From: Candidatus Aminicenantes bacterium
GTDB lineage: Archaea; Nanobdellota; Nanobdellia; Woesearchaeales; JAFCCF01
Reading direction: 5' to 3'
NCBI GenBank assembly: GCA_017610325.1
Contig: JAFCCF010000001.1
Coordinates: 12,950 to 76,949 of the forward strand
Length of the DNA: 64,000 nt
The notes below the pieces were generated by a model. It ran no database searches, was not told the origin of the DNA, and was given only the letters and a program-made list of their open reading frames with translations. Every line of letters starts with the position of its first letter. Within the stretch, counting starts at the first letter, position 1. Shown in pieces: positions 47,604-60,000 of this stretch. The position numbers and the translations under genes are program-made.

Positions 47604-50585
47604 ATGTCAAAAAAAGGACAGATTACACTATTTATGGTATTAGGGTTAGTTATTTTGTTCATCTTTGGCTTTGTTCTTATTCTAAGCAATAGTTCTACAG
47701 ATACAACTGAGGTTGAAGAGATATATGCGGATTTTCTCAAGAGTGTTCCAGTTAAGGAATATGCGACCCTGTGCATTGGTGAGGCAACAAAAGAAGGTCT
47801 GAGGCTGCTCGGCAACCAGGGCGGTAAAATCTATAATCACCAGGCAAATGCAACCAGTGTTGCACTAGCACCAATCTATCATTTAAATCCGCAGCCAAAA
47901 CCAATCGCATATGGTTATTATGTAATTCCTTACAATATAAGTGGCAGATGGTACAATGTGTCGTTTGGCATAAAGGATCGCATATCATACCCTTTTACAG
48001 GAGCGCAGAATTACCCTTATATTGACCTTATCCAGAAAAAGAATGTATCGCTTCTTGTGGAACCAAACCTGCTTATACCAACAGAAGACCCGTTCCTTCC
48101 ATTTTCAAAGAAACACCCTCGCAGGTCATTTGGCTACCTGAACCAGTTATGCGATTGCGAGGGTCTTAACAAGCCAGGAAGCAATGTGGCAAGCTGGAGC
48201 TGTGAAACATATGACTGTGAATATGACCTTAGTATGAACCTGCTCCCTGTCAGGAAATCAATGCAGGATTATCTGCAGTTGTATATCAAGAACAAGACAT
48301 TAGAATGCTTGAACATCTCTATTTTTAGGGGATATAATATTAAGGTGGGAAAGCCAGTAGTAAGCTCTGTAATCGGCGATACAGATGTATCAGTGCATGT
48401 TAACCTGCCGCTATTAATAAATGTGTCTGGCAAGGTTTACACAGAGACATTATACTTCTATAAAAATGAAAAAGTCAGGCTCAAGCTTATACATGAGCTT
48501 GCCACCCGTTTGATTAGGGATGATGCAAAAAACATATTCTTTGTTCCAGAGGTTCATACAGATTATCTGCAGGACTGCAGGCTGATTCAGGGCTCTACAA
48601 AATGCCTGCGAGATGGCATGAGTGTCACACGCATAAGAGACCCTGGCACCAGCACAGAAGTAACAGACAGGTATGGGCATGACAACACTTTATATTATTA
48701 TAATGGAAGGTTTGCAGATATAATCAACATAACAGACACAGAATCTGAGCTTGACGGCAAGCCATATTCTTTTTTCTATGCAATTGAGAACAGAAGACCG
48801 GCTTTGGACCTGATGCATGAAACAGAAGGCAGTAATTATGATTCCCTGTATGACTTTGTTGTTTATGAGGGAACTGAACTGCTGCTTGAGCCGTGGGGAT
48901 TTGACCCAGATGGAGATTCTTACGGGGTATGCAAGAGAAACGAACAGGATTGCATGGATTACACTTACCAATATACTGGCTGGAAAGCAGAGTATGAGCA
49001 GGACTTTATCTGGGACAGCTCAGGAAATATTACAGGTGTCTGGCTGACTGAAGCGCACAACCCACAATCAATGAACTTTACACTTACAAACCGGTTTGAC
49101 CCGCACAAGCACAATGACCCATATATATCTGAAAGATTTTTTTCAGATTATCAAGCACAACAGAAATTTACCTGCAGATACCCTTCTGCTTATCCTATAC
49201 TTTCATCTATTTGTTCAGATTACGGTAATAAATGGGAAACATCAAAAGCATACACCCAGACAAACCGCGTTGCAAACTACACAACAAACAGCTCAGATGT
49301 AGGGCCGCATGTTGTTAATATTACAATTATAGATAACAATGGCTTAATGGATTGGCAGTTGATAAGGATACTAGTGTATAATGTGATTGGGCCAGGACAC
49401 CCAGGCACAGATGCCCAAGCAATGACTCCTAACAAGATTGAAAATATCCGCGCTTCGGTTGAAGACCCATACACATTCAAGATTACACCCCTAAACACAA
49501 GGATAGATGGAACAACACACTATACCTGGAAAGACTATGATGAATCTCCAAACCCGCGTAAGTGGGGTCCGTTTGCAGACAGCAATGGCTATGCTGTACA
49601 GCAACTGTTGAAAAACACCGATAATCCAATAGGCATATTCACTAGCACGGGAACCCACAACATAAAGCTTGCGATAACAAACCCATTAGTGATTGCCACC
49701 TTTAATGTTGAGGTATACAATTGCCTGCCATACAGGAACCCAAACTCAGCACCATACCCTTTCAACAGGTTTGCATATGATTTATTTACTGATGATAATA
49801 TTCCAAGCACCCCTGGCTTTGATCCTGAGAAAGACTTTCTTGCAGATCATATATGCTGCAGTGGCATTGGCACTGCGCCAGGCGGCACTATTTGGGGTAC
49901 GCTAAAGTTTGGTGGGCTCCCTTGTTATACTTTTCATGTGCCAGAAACCTGCGGTCCGCCAGGCAACCAACCAATACCCCCAGCAGACCTTGTTGTCAGG
50001 TCAGTCTCAGGCAAGCAGCTCCAGCACATAGCTGAAAGACCAAGTGGAATAGGCGCAACCACTACTTCACCTTCAAATGCAGTTTATGTAAGAACATTTA
50101 CCCAAGCATGCAGTGGCAGCAGGGGAAATGCATGTTCAGGAACCCCCATAGATGATTGGAGGGTCAAGTTTGATTGCGACACCAGAACACCAATCAACAC
50201 ACATAAACAAGAATCTTGTCAGGGTATATTTGGAACAGCAACACAGTATAATACATGTATGAATGATGTCAAGACAACAGGAAAGCCATCAGCTTCAACA
50301 ACATTCCCTGCAGATACAAGTCAATGTCATTTGTTTGATGCTGGTGAGAGCTGGGAAAAAAATGTGCTTGGAACAGGTAATGGTATTTGCCATAAGGAAT
50401 ACAAATGCACAAAAAACCCTGGCGCAGGTGACGGCTACAAAAATCCAGGCACCTCCACCCCATCTGCCCCATATACTCATCGATGTCAAGCTGGGTGCAG
50501 TAATGGGGGCTGCACAGCAGCAATTAACTGCGTACAGTGCCCAACTAAATGTATTCCGCAGAGCGGCGATGATGTGTGCATTTAA
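47604..50585 (+). CDS. large Cys-rich extracellular protein with class III (archaeal prepilin-like) signal peptide
   Basis: 993 aa. N-terminus MSKKGQITLFMVLGLVILFIFGFVLIL has basic residues, G-Q, then a hydrophobic helix, as in type IV pilin-like signals. The rest is a Cys-rich, sequon-rich ectodomain. Confidence 0.7.
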   Translation: MSKKGQITLFMVLGLVILFIFGFVLILSNSSTDTTEVEEIYADFLKSVPVKEYATLCIGEATKEGLRLLGNQGGKIYNHQANATSVALAPIYHLNPQPKPIAYGYYVIPYNISGRWYNVSFGIKDRISYPFTGAQNYPYIDLIQKKNVSLLVEPNLLIPTEDPFLPFSKKHPRRSFGYLNQLCDCEGLNKPGSNVASWSCETYDCEYDLSMNLLPVRKSMQDYLQLYIKNKTLECLNISIFRGYNIKVGKPVVSSVIGDTDVSVHVNLPLLINVSGKVYTETLYFYKNEKVRLKLIHELATRLIRDDAKNIFFVPEVHTDYLQDCRLIQGSTKCLRDGMSVTRIRDPGTSTEVTDRYGHDNTLYYYNGRFADIINITDTESELDGKPYSFFYAIENRRPALDLMHETEGSNYDSLYDFVVYEGTELLLEPWGFDPDGDSYGVCKRNEQDCMDYTYQYTGWKAEYEQDFIWDSSGNITGVWLTEAHNPQSMNFTLTNRFDPHKHNDPYISERFFSDYQAQQKFTCRYPSAYPILSSICSDYGNKWETSKAYTQTNRVANYTTNSSDVGPHVVNITIIDNNGLMDWQLIRILVYNVIGPGHPGTDAQAMTPNKIENIRASVEDPYTFKITPLNTRIDGTTHYTWKDYDESPNPRKWGPFADSNGYAVQQLLKNTDNPIGIFTSTGTHNIKLAITNPLVIATFNVEVYNCLPYRNPNSAPYPFNRFAYDLFTDDNIPSTPGFDPEKDFLADHICCSGIGTAPGGTIWGTLKFGGLPCYTFHVPETCGPPGNQPIPPADLVVRSVSGKQLQHIAERPSGIGATTTSPSNAVYVRTFTQACSGSRGNACSGTPIDDWRVKFDCDTRTPINTHKQESCQGIFGTATQYNTCMNDVKTTGKPSASTTFPADTSQCHLFDAGESWEKNVLGTGNGICHKEYKCTKNPGAGDGYKNPGTSTPSAPYTHRCQAGCSNGGCTAAINCVQCPTKCIPQSGDDVCI

Positions 50586-50639
50586 AACAAAATTTTTTTC
50601 TGCAAGGAACCCAATATTACTAAATATGTAATAGTATTA

Positions 50640-50760
50640 CTTAACTTAGTCTAATGTGCCTTAGTATCATTTAGTGTGTATTAGTATTCTTTAATATGTG
50701 TTAATATTCCTTAATATTCCTTAATGTGTTTTAATGTGTCTTAATATTCAGTTAGATCTA
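50640..50760. repeat. degenerate tandem short repeats (CTTAATATTC / CTTAATGTGT units) in the 5' intergenic region of the RHH/giant-adhesin genes
   Basis: Direct reading: ...tattctttaatatgtgttaatattccttaatattccttaatgtgttttaatgtgtcttaatattc.... Confidence 0.5.
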
Positions 50761-50856
50761 GTAAGAATATATGGTAAGAATATAATCATATAGAAAACTT
50801 TAAATAATACTTAGTATGTAATTATACACAATAGTATACACTAATGTGATTTTAAG

Positions 50857-51003
50857 ATGAAGGAACGGATTACAATCACTATTGATAAAAAATTTCTTAA
50901 GTGGTTAGATGAAAAAGTCAAGGCAAGAGTCTTTGCAAATAGGTCTCATGGCTTTGAATTTTTGATACAAAAGAAAATTGAGGGAGAAAATGAGGAAAAG
51001 TAG
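50857..51003 (+). CDS. small ribbon-helix-helix (CopG/Arc/MetJ-like) DNA-binding protein, unannotated in ORF track
   Basis: 48-aa ORF MKERITITIDKKFLKWLDEKVKARVFANRSHGFEFLIQKKIEGENEEK. Beta-strand ITITID, then helix, then the RSHGFEFLI helix, which is the RHH pattern. It overlaps the ATG (50990) of the giant adhesin gene in another frame. Confidence 0.5.
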   Translation: MKERITITIDKKFLKWLDEKVKARVFANRSHGFEFLIQKKIEGENEEK

Positions 51004-54000
51004 TGGATTTACTTATTTTGCGATTATTTCACTAGTTTTTATTATCTTTAACTCTTATCCTATTCTCGCAGATGGTGAATGCTGTGCAAATCCTTTGGCA
51101 ACAGATATCTGGTGTGTTCCTGGGACATCTGGGGCACCTGTAACTCAGGTTCTTTGCTGTTCAGATGCACTTTTTAGCAGCTTCTGGGACACAAGCCAGC
51201 AATATGCCTCTGTTCCTGACAGTGAAAATAATTGCATAAGCAACTTTTATGATGCTGGTCCAAGCCCTGACTGCACCACAACTAGTAATGCCTGGGTTAA
51301 TACAATGTGTTTCCAAGGTTCTACAACAAGTACGACCACCACCACGCTGGCAACATCTTCCACATCAAGCACAACAACAACCCTTGGTTCAACCACATCT
51401 TCCACTATTAGTTCCACAACAACGATAAGCATAACCTCAACAAGTTCCACATCAACTTCGTCTACCACCACCACACTATGGCTGTACGAGGTCTGCGACA
51501 ATGGCATTGACGACGATGGCAATGGCAGGATTGACTGCGCTGATGGCTATTGTCTTGCAACAAATGCGGTTTGTACCCCTGGGATTTCAGGTAGTAAATG
51601 CTCATGGACAACAAATAGTGGGTCCACTTACAGGTGTTGTGCTTTTTCCAGTGACTGTGATAATGACAACTATGACGAAACATGCGGCGAATGCCCATGC
51701 ATAGTTTTAGCAGAAGCACCTTCCAGCCTCGCTGTTGCACATCAATCTGGCTGGAATTTCAGGCTTACCTGGTTAGTGAGTTGCACAGCAGGAGTCACGT
51801 TTGATGTTTATAGGTGCGAGGGCATTGGCTGTAACCCAATCCTTAAGAGGAATTCTGCACCAGTAACTAATATGTATTTCACAGATACAATCCAGAAAGC
51901 AAACACAGGATATTGTTATGAAGTAAGGGCAAATTATGGGGGTATCCAAGTAAGGTCTAATATTGTGTGCCAAACTTCTGGAGATAGAATCTGCCTGGAT
52001 AATCCGCAGGGCGGGGAATTCTGCGAGACAGCAGTAACACCTACGAAGAGGACCAGATGCGATTCAAGCAACCGCAAGATAGAGGTAGAGGACTGTTTGG
52101 TGGATTATGGTTATGATTATAGGTGTTATGGCCCGTATGGCCAGGGTAGAGAGACAAAGTGCGTACAATATTCTGGCTGCTGGCGCTGTAATTACCTTCT
52201 TGAATTTTTTGGTAACCCATCATACTCAATGGTTTCATATCTTGATGGCATAGAGCTTAAGCAGACACTCTGCAAGGATTATGAATTCTGTTACTATGAT
52301 TCAACTCCAACAATCGCAAACGAGTACATTGACTGCAGTGTTGTTACTGCTGGCAATGGCTGTTATGAATATAATTCAAGGCAGGCATGCGAACAATCAA
52401 ATTTGCAGGATTCGCCTTTCAACAACCGCTGCTTGCAGAGAAACTGTACTTGGAACTGGATATCACAGGAGCTTGGAACCGGAGTGTGCATTGAACAGGA
52501 TGTAAATCTTCAGAAGTGCGAGCTATGTACCCCAGACTTTGTTGCTGGAGATGCTTCACCAAATAAGGTATTTAATCTGTGTGATGTAGCCACATGCAAA
52601 TTATATGGTGAATGTTATCCAAAGGATATTGATAAAGATGGCACGCTGAAAAATTATAATGCACTGGGCCTCACCCAGAACGAAGAGTGTATATCAAAAT
52701 CAAGGGTTTCCTGCGAGGACTTTGGGCAGCAGGAATGCATTGCAACACCATCAGATGGCCAGAGCGGTTCTCAGGCAGTGGCAGTGGATGCAGCTTATCA
52801 AGACCCGAATGACAGGACAACGCGAATTAGCGGCACACACCAGCTGAAAAGAACAAGTTATGATTATTTTGAGTTCGGGGTTTGTGCATATCGGGGCAAC
52901 AGGTGCTTCAAGGACGCAGATAATACAACCACATCTGACCCCAATCCATTGGACATGACCCCACCAATGACAATCATTGACAATGGCCTTGTGCTTGGAA
53001 CACTACAGCTTGCTGTGCAGGTTGTAGATGAAAAGCCAGCAGGCACAGTATGCTCGCCTGCAAGTAATTGTACCGGTCCTCTGGCACTTTACACATGCAT
53101 TGTTAATTCAACCCCTACCCAGGACAACTGTTATCCAACTGATTCTGTTACAATTGATTCAAATGGAATTGGAATCATCGATAATTATATTGGCTATGGC
53201 AATGGCACATACAAGATATTTTATTATGCAGAGGATAATGCAAACAACCTTGAAGAAATCAAATATATTAATGTAACCATTGACAGGGACCCGCCATCCA
53301 TTGACCTGGATTATTTTGTTCTAAGGTCAAATTCTGCGCCTTTCAATGACAGTAATGTTACTATGTTTATCACCACGGACCAGATTGCAGTGTGCAATGA
53401 CCGCTTCTACACCTCACCATCATCTTATCGATCAAGGCTGAATAGCAGCAACGGGGCATTCTTTGAGGTAAACTACACCAGCCTCTTTGATGGTTATTAC
53501 AATTACTTTATCTCGTGCATTGATGGGTTTGGAAACAACAGAACACTGGACACATACATTAGGGTTAATGCAGATGACCGGATTAATACAACCTATCCAA
53601 ATGGTACAATTGATACTACAAGCCCCACTTTGATTATTTCAACAAACAGCCAGGCAACAGAGTGCGTCTACAAGCTCGCAGACCAGGACTGGTCAGATGC
53701 AATACAGTTTGATGTTGGGACAGAAAGCAGTTCACGCACTTATTGGAATTATTCCAAGCAATTAACTGGCCTTGCAGACGGAAGATACACTTATGATGTA
53801 AGGTGCACAATCAATCTGCAGCCATCATATGACCAGATAAGCTTTGTTGTGGACACTGCATCTCCAACCACCTTGGCAATTGACGGGTTAGGCCTTCCAT
53901 ATGATTTTATTGAGCCAAAGAGCTCCCATCGGGTCTACCTGCGGTGCAATGACCAGCCAGCTGGCGGCTTTGGCTGCATGAATACATATTACTGCAAGGG

Positions 54001-57000
54001 CTCTTTCCAGTGCACGCCCGACACAATTTACACAACAGGTCCAATTGAGATTATCGGCGAGCCTTTCTTCTGCTTTTTCTCTGAGGAGAACAGCAGGACC
54101 CACCTTGGTCAGACAATGGGTGGCAAGAACGAATCTGTTGTATGCAGGACCCTAATTACAGATAACATGGACCCACACTTATTTGTGGATATACTGGCTG
54201 AGCTTGCCTTAAATGAATATTTCCTCACAAACCAGAACCCGCTTACAGTAACCGGAACAATAATCGATTATACTTATGACATGTGGGACAGTGATGCTAC
54301 CTGGATAAGCAGTCTATCAAATAATGAGTATGTTGAAGACAATTACGTGTTCACAGATTATAACCTCAGCGCAAACTTCACATTCACTGGTGAATCTGTT
54401 GAGTTTTGGTTTGCGCATGTAAATTCAAGCAAATATTATTATATTTATATTGATAGTTCTGATGACTTCCCAAACAAACAGAATATATACCTTTACAAAA
54501 AAGGCCAGACAGCGCCAGTTGTACCAGGTCAGGAAAACATTAATGTGCTTGAAAACAAAGAGATTATCCTAAATATCACAATTAAGTTAGGCAACTTTGA
54601 GGTTATTCTTAACGGCGAGGCACTGCCTGGTGGGGCAATCACATTTGCATTTGGAGATGCTAGCTATGGCGCAGGAAAAATTGGCGCAAAGGCCCATGCA
54701 AGCAGCACAATTGACTTTGAGGACTTGGTTATCCTTGAATCTGATATGGCTTCCAATAATGAGATTAGGTTAGTGGTGAATGGCGAGACACTGACTACCG
54801 GAGTTTTGGAAAGCAATTTAAGGAACTTTCAACAGTTCAGCTTGGATTCTAACTTAATTGGTGATTATTCAAACTGTAAACAGTGCAGCAGGCTCCAGTT
54901 AACTGCAATTGACAGAGCAGGTAATGATTATGTTAAATATTATCATGTGTATCTTGACCAGAACGGTCCATTCTTTGACAACACATCTATTAAAATGTAT
55001 GATTTTGAGGGAAGTGAAGCCCAGAATGTGGAATACGGAGAAAACACCACTCTGAAAATAAGGGTTTATGATACAGACAATTACAAGGCAACAGTAAATG
55101 TAACAAATGTGACACTTGAGTTTAACAACCATAATTATACACTTGTTAATATAAGCGAACAGTTGCATGACACTTACTGGGAATCTATGGTTGTGACTGA
55201 TGACCTAGGGGTTGGAAGTTATATTCTAACATTTTATGCAAGAGACGCCCTGAACAACATAAACAGCACAATTATTTCAAGAACATTGAATATAACTGAT
55301 ACAAGGGCGCCTTCCTTTGATGTAGTTATATATAATGATTCAGCTAGGACAAACCAGGTTGGTGTTGTAACAATGGGTGCTTATTATGCAAAGATGAACT
55401 CAAGCGAACCATCATTAATAAGGCATTTTAACCTCACGCCACTGGGCTTTACTGCAGAAAACATATTTGTAAACTGTGATAATCGCGGACAATATGCCAC
55501 CAGCTGGCAATGTTCATTTTCAATTGATAATGTGAATTTCCTGGATAAAAACGAGAGATTGCTTAATTTCAAGTTCCTGGCAACAGACAACCATGGAATA
55601 AACCAGACGCAGATTCAGCCAGGATATATAATCCTAAACACAACAGGACCGCAGCCGCCAATATTTGACCCAAACATAAACCACGGTAGTTCGCCAAATA
55701 CCTACGCAAACACATATCCAGACTACCTTACTTCTTACAGTGATGAGTCAACAGACGTGTTCTACACAAACAAGAGCAAGTTGTTTATCACAGGGGCAAG
55801 TGCCCAGTCAAACCATGTAATACTATCAACGCAGGTTGCAGAGAACCAGCCAAATGATGTGATATACACTCAGCAGACAGTCACTAAGCTAGCAGATACA
55901 GCAAACCTGAACTCAGCAGGATTTGGTGTTTCAGTTGCAAATGTTGGCGCAACTGAGATTAAGTTTGAGGGAATTGATTTAACAAGCGATCTAATTAGCA
56001 CTGCTGGTAGCTACCTCATGTTCACAAACCACGACAGGAAAACATACGAGCATTACAAAGAATATTATGCTGTCACAAACAGTATGTATGATGGTTACCT
56101 GACCACAATCTACCTGGCCTCCCCTTTAGAAGGTGCAGTTTCCAAGGATGAGCTTATCAATGTTTATGACAAGCAAAGGTCCAGGGACACGTTTGCCCTA
56201 TACTCAGCCGAACTTACAGACGGCGTAAACAAATTGTTTGCAAAAGGCGTTAACCAACTGGGAAACAAGGGCAGGGAATCAGTAATCCATAACATCTTCT
56301 TTGATGACGAATCTCCGGATGATGTGTTCAGCATACCCTACAGGAACTGGACAATTGGTGATTATTATACAAACATTACCTTCGAAGTGAGGGATAGAAA
56401 TCCAAGTTCAGGCATCAGGCTGATTGATACAAACATAGCCCTGAGATATACGAACACAACTGGAACATATACTCTATACACCAACACAATCCCTTATCTC
56501 CTAGATGCAACATATGCGAATGGCACCTCAAAGGACGGCAATTATAATTATTCATTGCTTGTGTTTGACACAGGGGAGTTCATAAGCACAAGCTACTATC
56601 CTTTGCCAGATGGAAAATATGATGTTACTATATTTCTTAGGGACAGGGCTCATAACTACCTCGCAGGGCAATGGCAGTTCTGGATTAAGCTTGGTGTGCC
56701 TGATATGCCAAACATATCCCTAGCTGACAACGCAGCGTTTACTGCCATAGATAATCCAAATGACATGAATGCCGTTGACGATAGGTTCTTCATAAACCAG
56801 ACCACAGGATATGGTGTGTTGATTGAATATCCAGTAACAGAGACAAACATTGACATAATCTACATCAACATGAGCCCACATGATGCAAAGATAACATGCA
56901 GCAAGGCAACCAATACAAGGTTTGAGTGCAGCTTTGACAATGCACTTGTTGCAAACAAGGATTATGAGATAATGTACACCTCACAAAGGGTGCTGAGCAA

Positions 57001-60000
57001 TGGAAGTAATGGGCCCAAGGTAAACCGCACATTTTACATCACAACTGATAACATTAGCCCCCAGGTAACAGCTATGCAGTTCTTTGATGTGTCGCGCGTA
57101 AACAACACAAACTTTGAGCTGAATATCACCGGATTAAATGAGATGTATGATGTTCTGGTTAAAGTATACCTCGGTAATATCACGCTGGATGAAATTATAA
57201 CCTCTGACAGCTTGATACAGTTCAACAACCTTAACATACCTGATCTTGCTGATATGGGATATAACTTGAAAGCAATCCTGATTGACCAGGCAGGAAATTC
57301 ATTCCCAAAATCAGGCATCCTGACAATTGATAACACTGCACCTGGCGTGAGCGTAACTTCTGTTGCACCAGTAACTAAGGGCATAATGAATACTGGCCTG
57401 ACAAGCTGGATAACTGGCGATGATAATGTTTCTATCAAGGGTGTATATGCTGATGCAAGCATTGATTATATCTGCTACTTTAACCCACATTTTGCACTGT
57501 TTAGCTGTAGCAGGAATGTAAACACAGCAACCATACACCAAGGTAATAATACCTATCAATTGTATGCAAGGGTCTTTGGCCAGGAAAATGGCTCTGATGT
57601 ATATAATAACATAACAATCACCGCAGTTGACAGGGCTGGAAACAGCAGAAGCAGGAGCATAAACCTAACTGCAGATAGGTCACCGCCTATTGTGAATCTG
57701 ACAGCACCCAGGGTTGGAATCACAAGCATACTGACTCCAACAATTGTTGTGTCTACAGACGAAGTATCAAACTGTAATCTGTCATACAATACTATATCTA
57801 ACGCAGCAATGACCGGAGCGCCAAACAACACGCACGTGTACACTGTTACAACCAGTTTGGCAACTAACCAGAACAACACATTCAGGGTAGAGTGCAGGGA
57901 CCAGCTAGGCAACATTGGCGAGGAAACATACTACATTTATGCAGATACCATAACTCCAATAATCAACGGTGTGACTGTGACACCAGGTTTCCTTAACCAT
58001 AGCTCAACTAGCTTTAGCATGTATGTTGTGTACAGTCAGGTAGTTGAGCCATACCTAACAGTAAACCTTAATGAGTTGTCAATATGTAGGTATGGCACAA
58101 GCAATATATACAATACAATGCAGAAATTCCCTGGATATAATGAGTCACAGTATAGCATACAGCACAATTCTCTTTCAATTAGGAATATGTTGGTTGAGAA
58201 CCAAACAACTTACTTATATGTGGCATGCGAGGACCGGGGCGGAAACGTTGCAAATGTTTATAGGGTTGGAATCAAGCTTGACCCTGATGCGCCAATTATG
58301 CCGTTTAACCCCCAACCAACAGGATTTGTTACAACAAATGAGCCAAATGTGTCTGTGAACACGTACAGGTTAGCAAGATGGTGTGGAATAACATCTATAA
58401 ATGGTGGTGCACCAATCAACATTTCACTTGAATGGAAGGGGCAGGATACAACTACTGGAATCCAAACATATGCCCGCATATTACAGGGATTGCAAGAAGG
58501 CCAGACATACACTATCGAGATAAGCTGTGCAGCAAGTCCGCGCGGCTCAGTTACATTCAGCTTTACGATTGACACAGAAGGCCCAGCAACGATTATTGAG
58601 GTCCAGTCAAGCTCATACAAACCAAATATATATGTGATGTTTAATGAGGGTGTCACGATTAAGAGCGCCATCTTGACAGGCCCTTCTGGCACAGTTACAG
58701 TCCAAGGTCAGCAGCACACTACCAGTAATTACACATATGTCCCTATTCAGAATCTGACAAACACAACATACACGTTCAGTGTTGTTGCAACTGATTCAAG
58801 GGGCAATTCAAAGGAAACAACAAAATTATTTACCCTTCCAATTGATTACCTTAACATAACCCTTATAAAGCCAATCGATGGCTGGATAAATGAGACAACC
58901 TTTGAGGTTGTAATAGAAACAGACAGGAGAGCAATGTGCAGGTATGACCGAAATTATCGCAACTATACTGGAATGAACAAGGACTTCACAACAAGCAATA
59001 GAATAACCCACAAGATAGATGATTTTAATTACAGCGAGACCAATAAGCTTATCTTTGTAACATGCAGGGACCTGTACGGGGCAGCCACACCTGTGCCAAA
59101 ATTAATAGAATTCATGTATGATCCAGTTGCACCAGTAATAACTACAAGTGTAAGCCCAAGAACAGTTGCAGAATACCTTGTATTAAATGGAAGCTCGCAG
59201 TTATTTACAAAACTCACGATTGATTCAGATAAGCCCGCATTCTGTAGATACAGTCGCACCTCTGACGTGTACGAACTAATGGAACACCAGACAAAGAACA
59301 AGTCAAGGCACCACGAAGTTTACATAACTGGCTTGGTTGATGGCATGTCTTATAATTATAATGTGCGATGCATAAGCCTGGCAAATGTTGTAAGTAATTA
59401 TGAAGTTGTATCATTTGATGTTGACATAACACAGCCAGTGCAGATCATAAGCGTGACACCTGCATCAGGTTCATACCTTGGCAGCGGCTCAGGAGTAAAA
59501 CTAAATGTATCAACCAATAAGCATGCAGACTGTAGGGTAAACTCATCAAGCAATGGCCTGAGTTATATTTCTTCGCTGAGCTTAAACAAGGTTAACCATT
59601 GGTTTAACCTGCCAACACTTACAAGGGAGGGCGAGTTTGACTTTAATATTTGGTGTATGGATATTAACCGGGATACTGTTTCTGCTGTTGTAAGGCTTAT
59701 ATTTGACAAGACAGCCCCTTCAGACCCAGAGATTGAATATGTGTATGCCTGCACAGACAACGAGATTAAGGCAAGGGTCAAGTCAGAGGATAACCTGACT
59801 GGCATAGTTGGTTACAATTATTCGCTTGTTGACGATACAAATGGTTCAGACTTGATAGAGCACAAGTACGAGAGCGGTGATGATGATGAGATTATAAGGA
59901 TTAGATATGATGATTATGGTAGGCTGGAGCTTAACACGAGCCACTATTATGTACTGAGTGTGTGGGCTAAGAATGGCGCTGGCTTGTACAGCAGAGAGGT

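Noticed and set aside
51247-51740. Antisense ORFs of 91 and 92 aa over the Thr/Ser-rich linker of the giant adhesin, and the plus-frame 67-aa ORF 51501-51704
   Set aside because: These are repeat-driven artefacts (VVVV/HHHH-rich translations) inside a verified long CDS.
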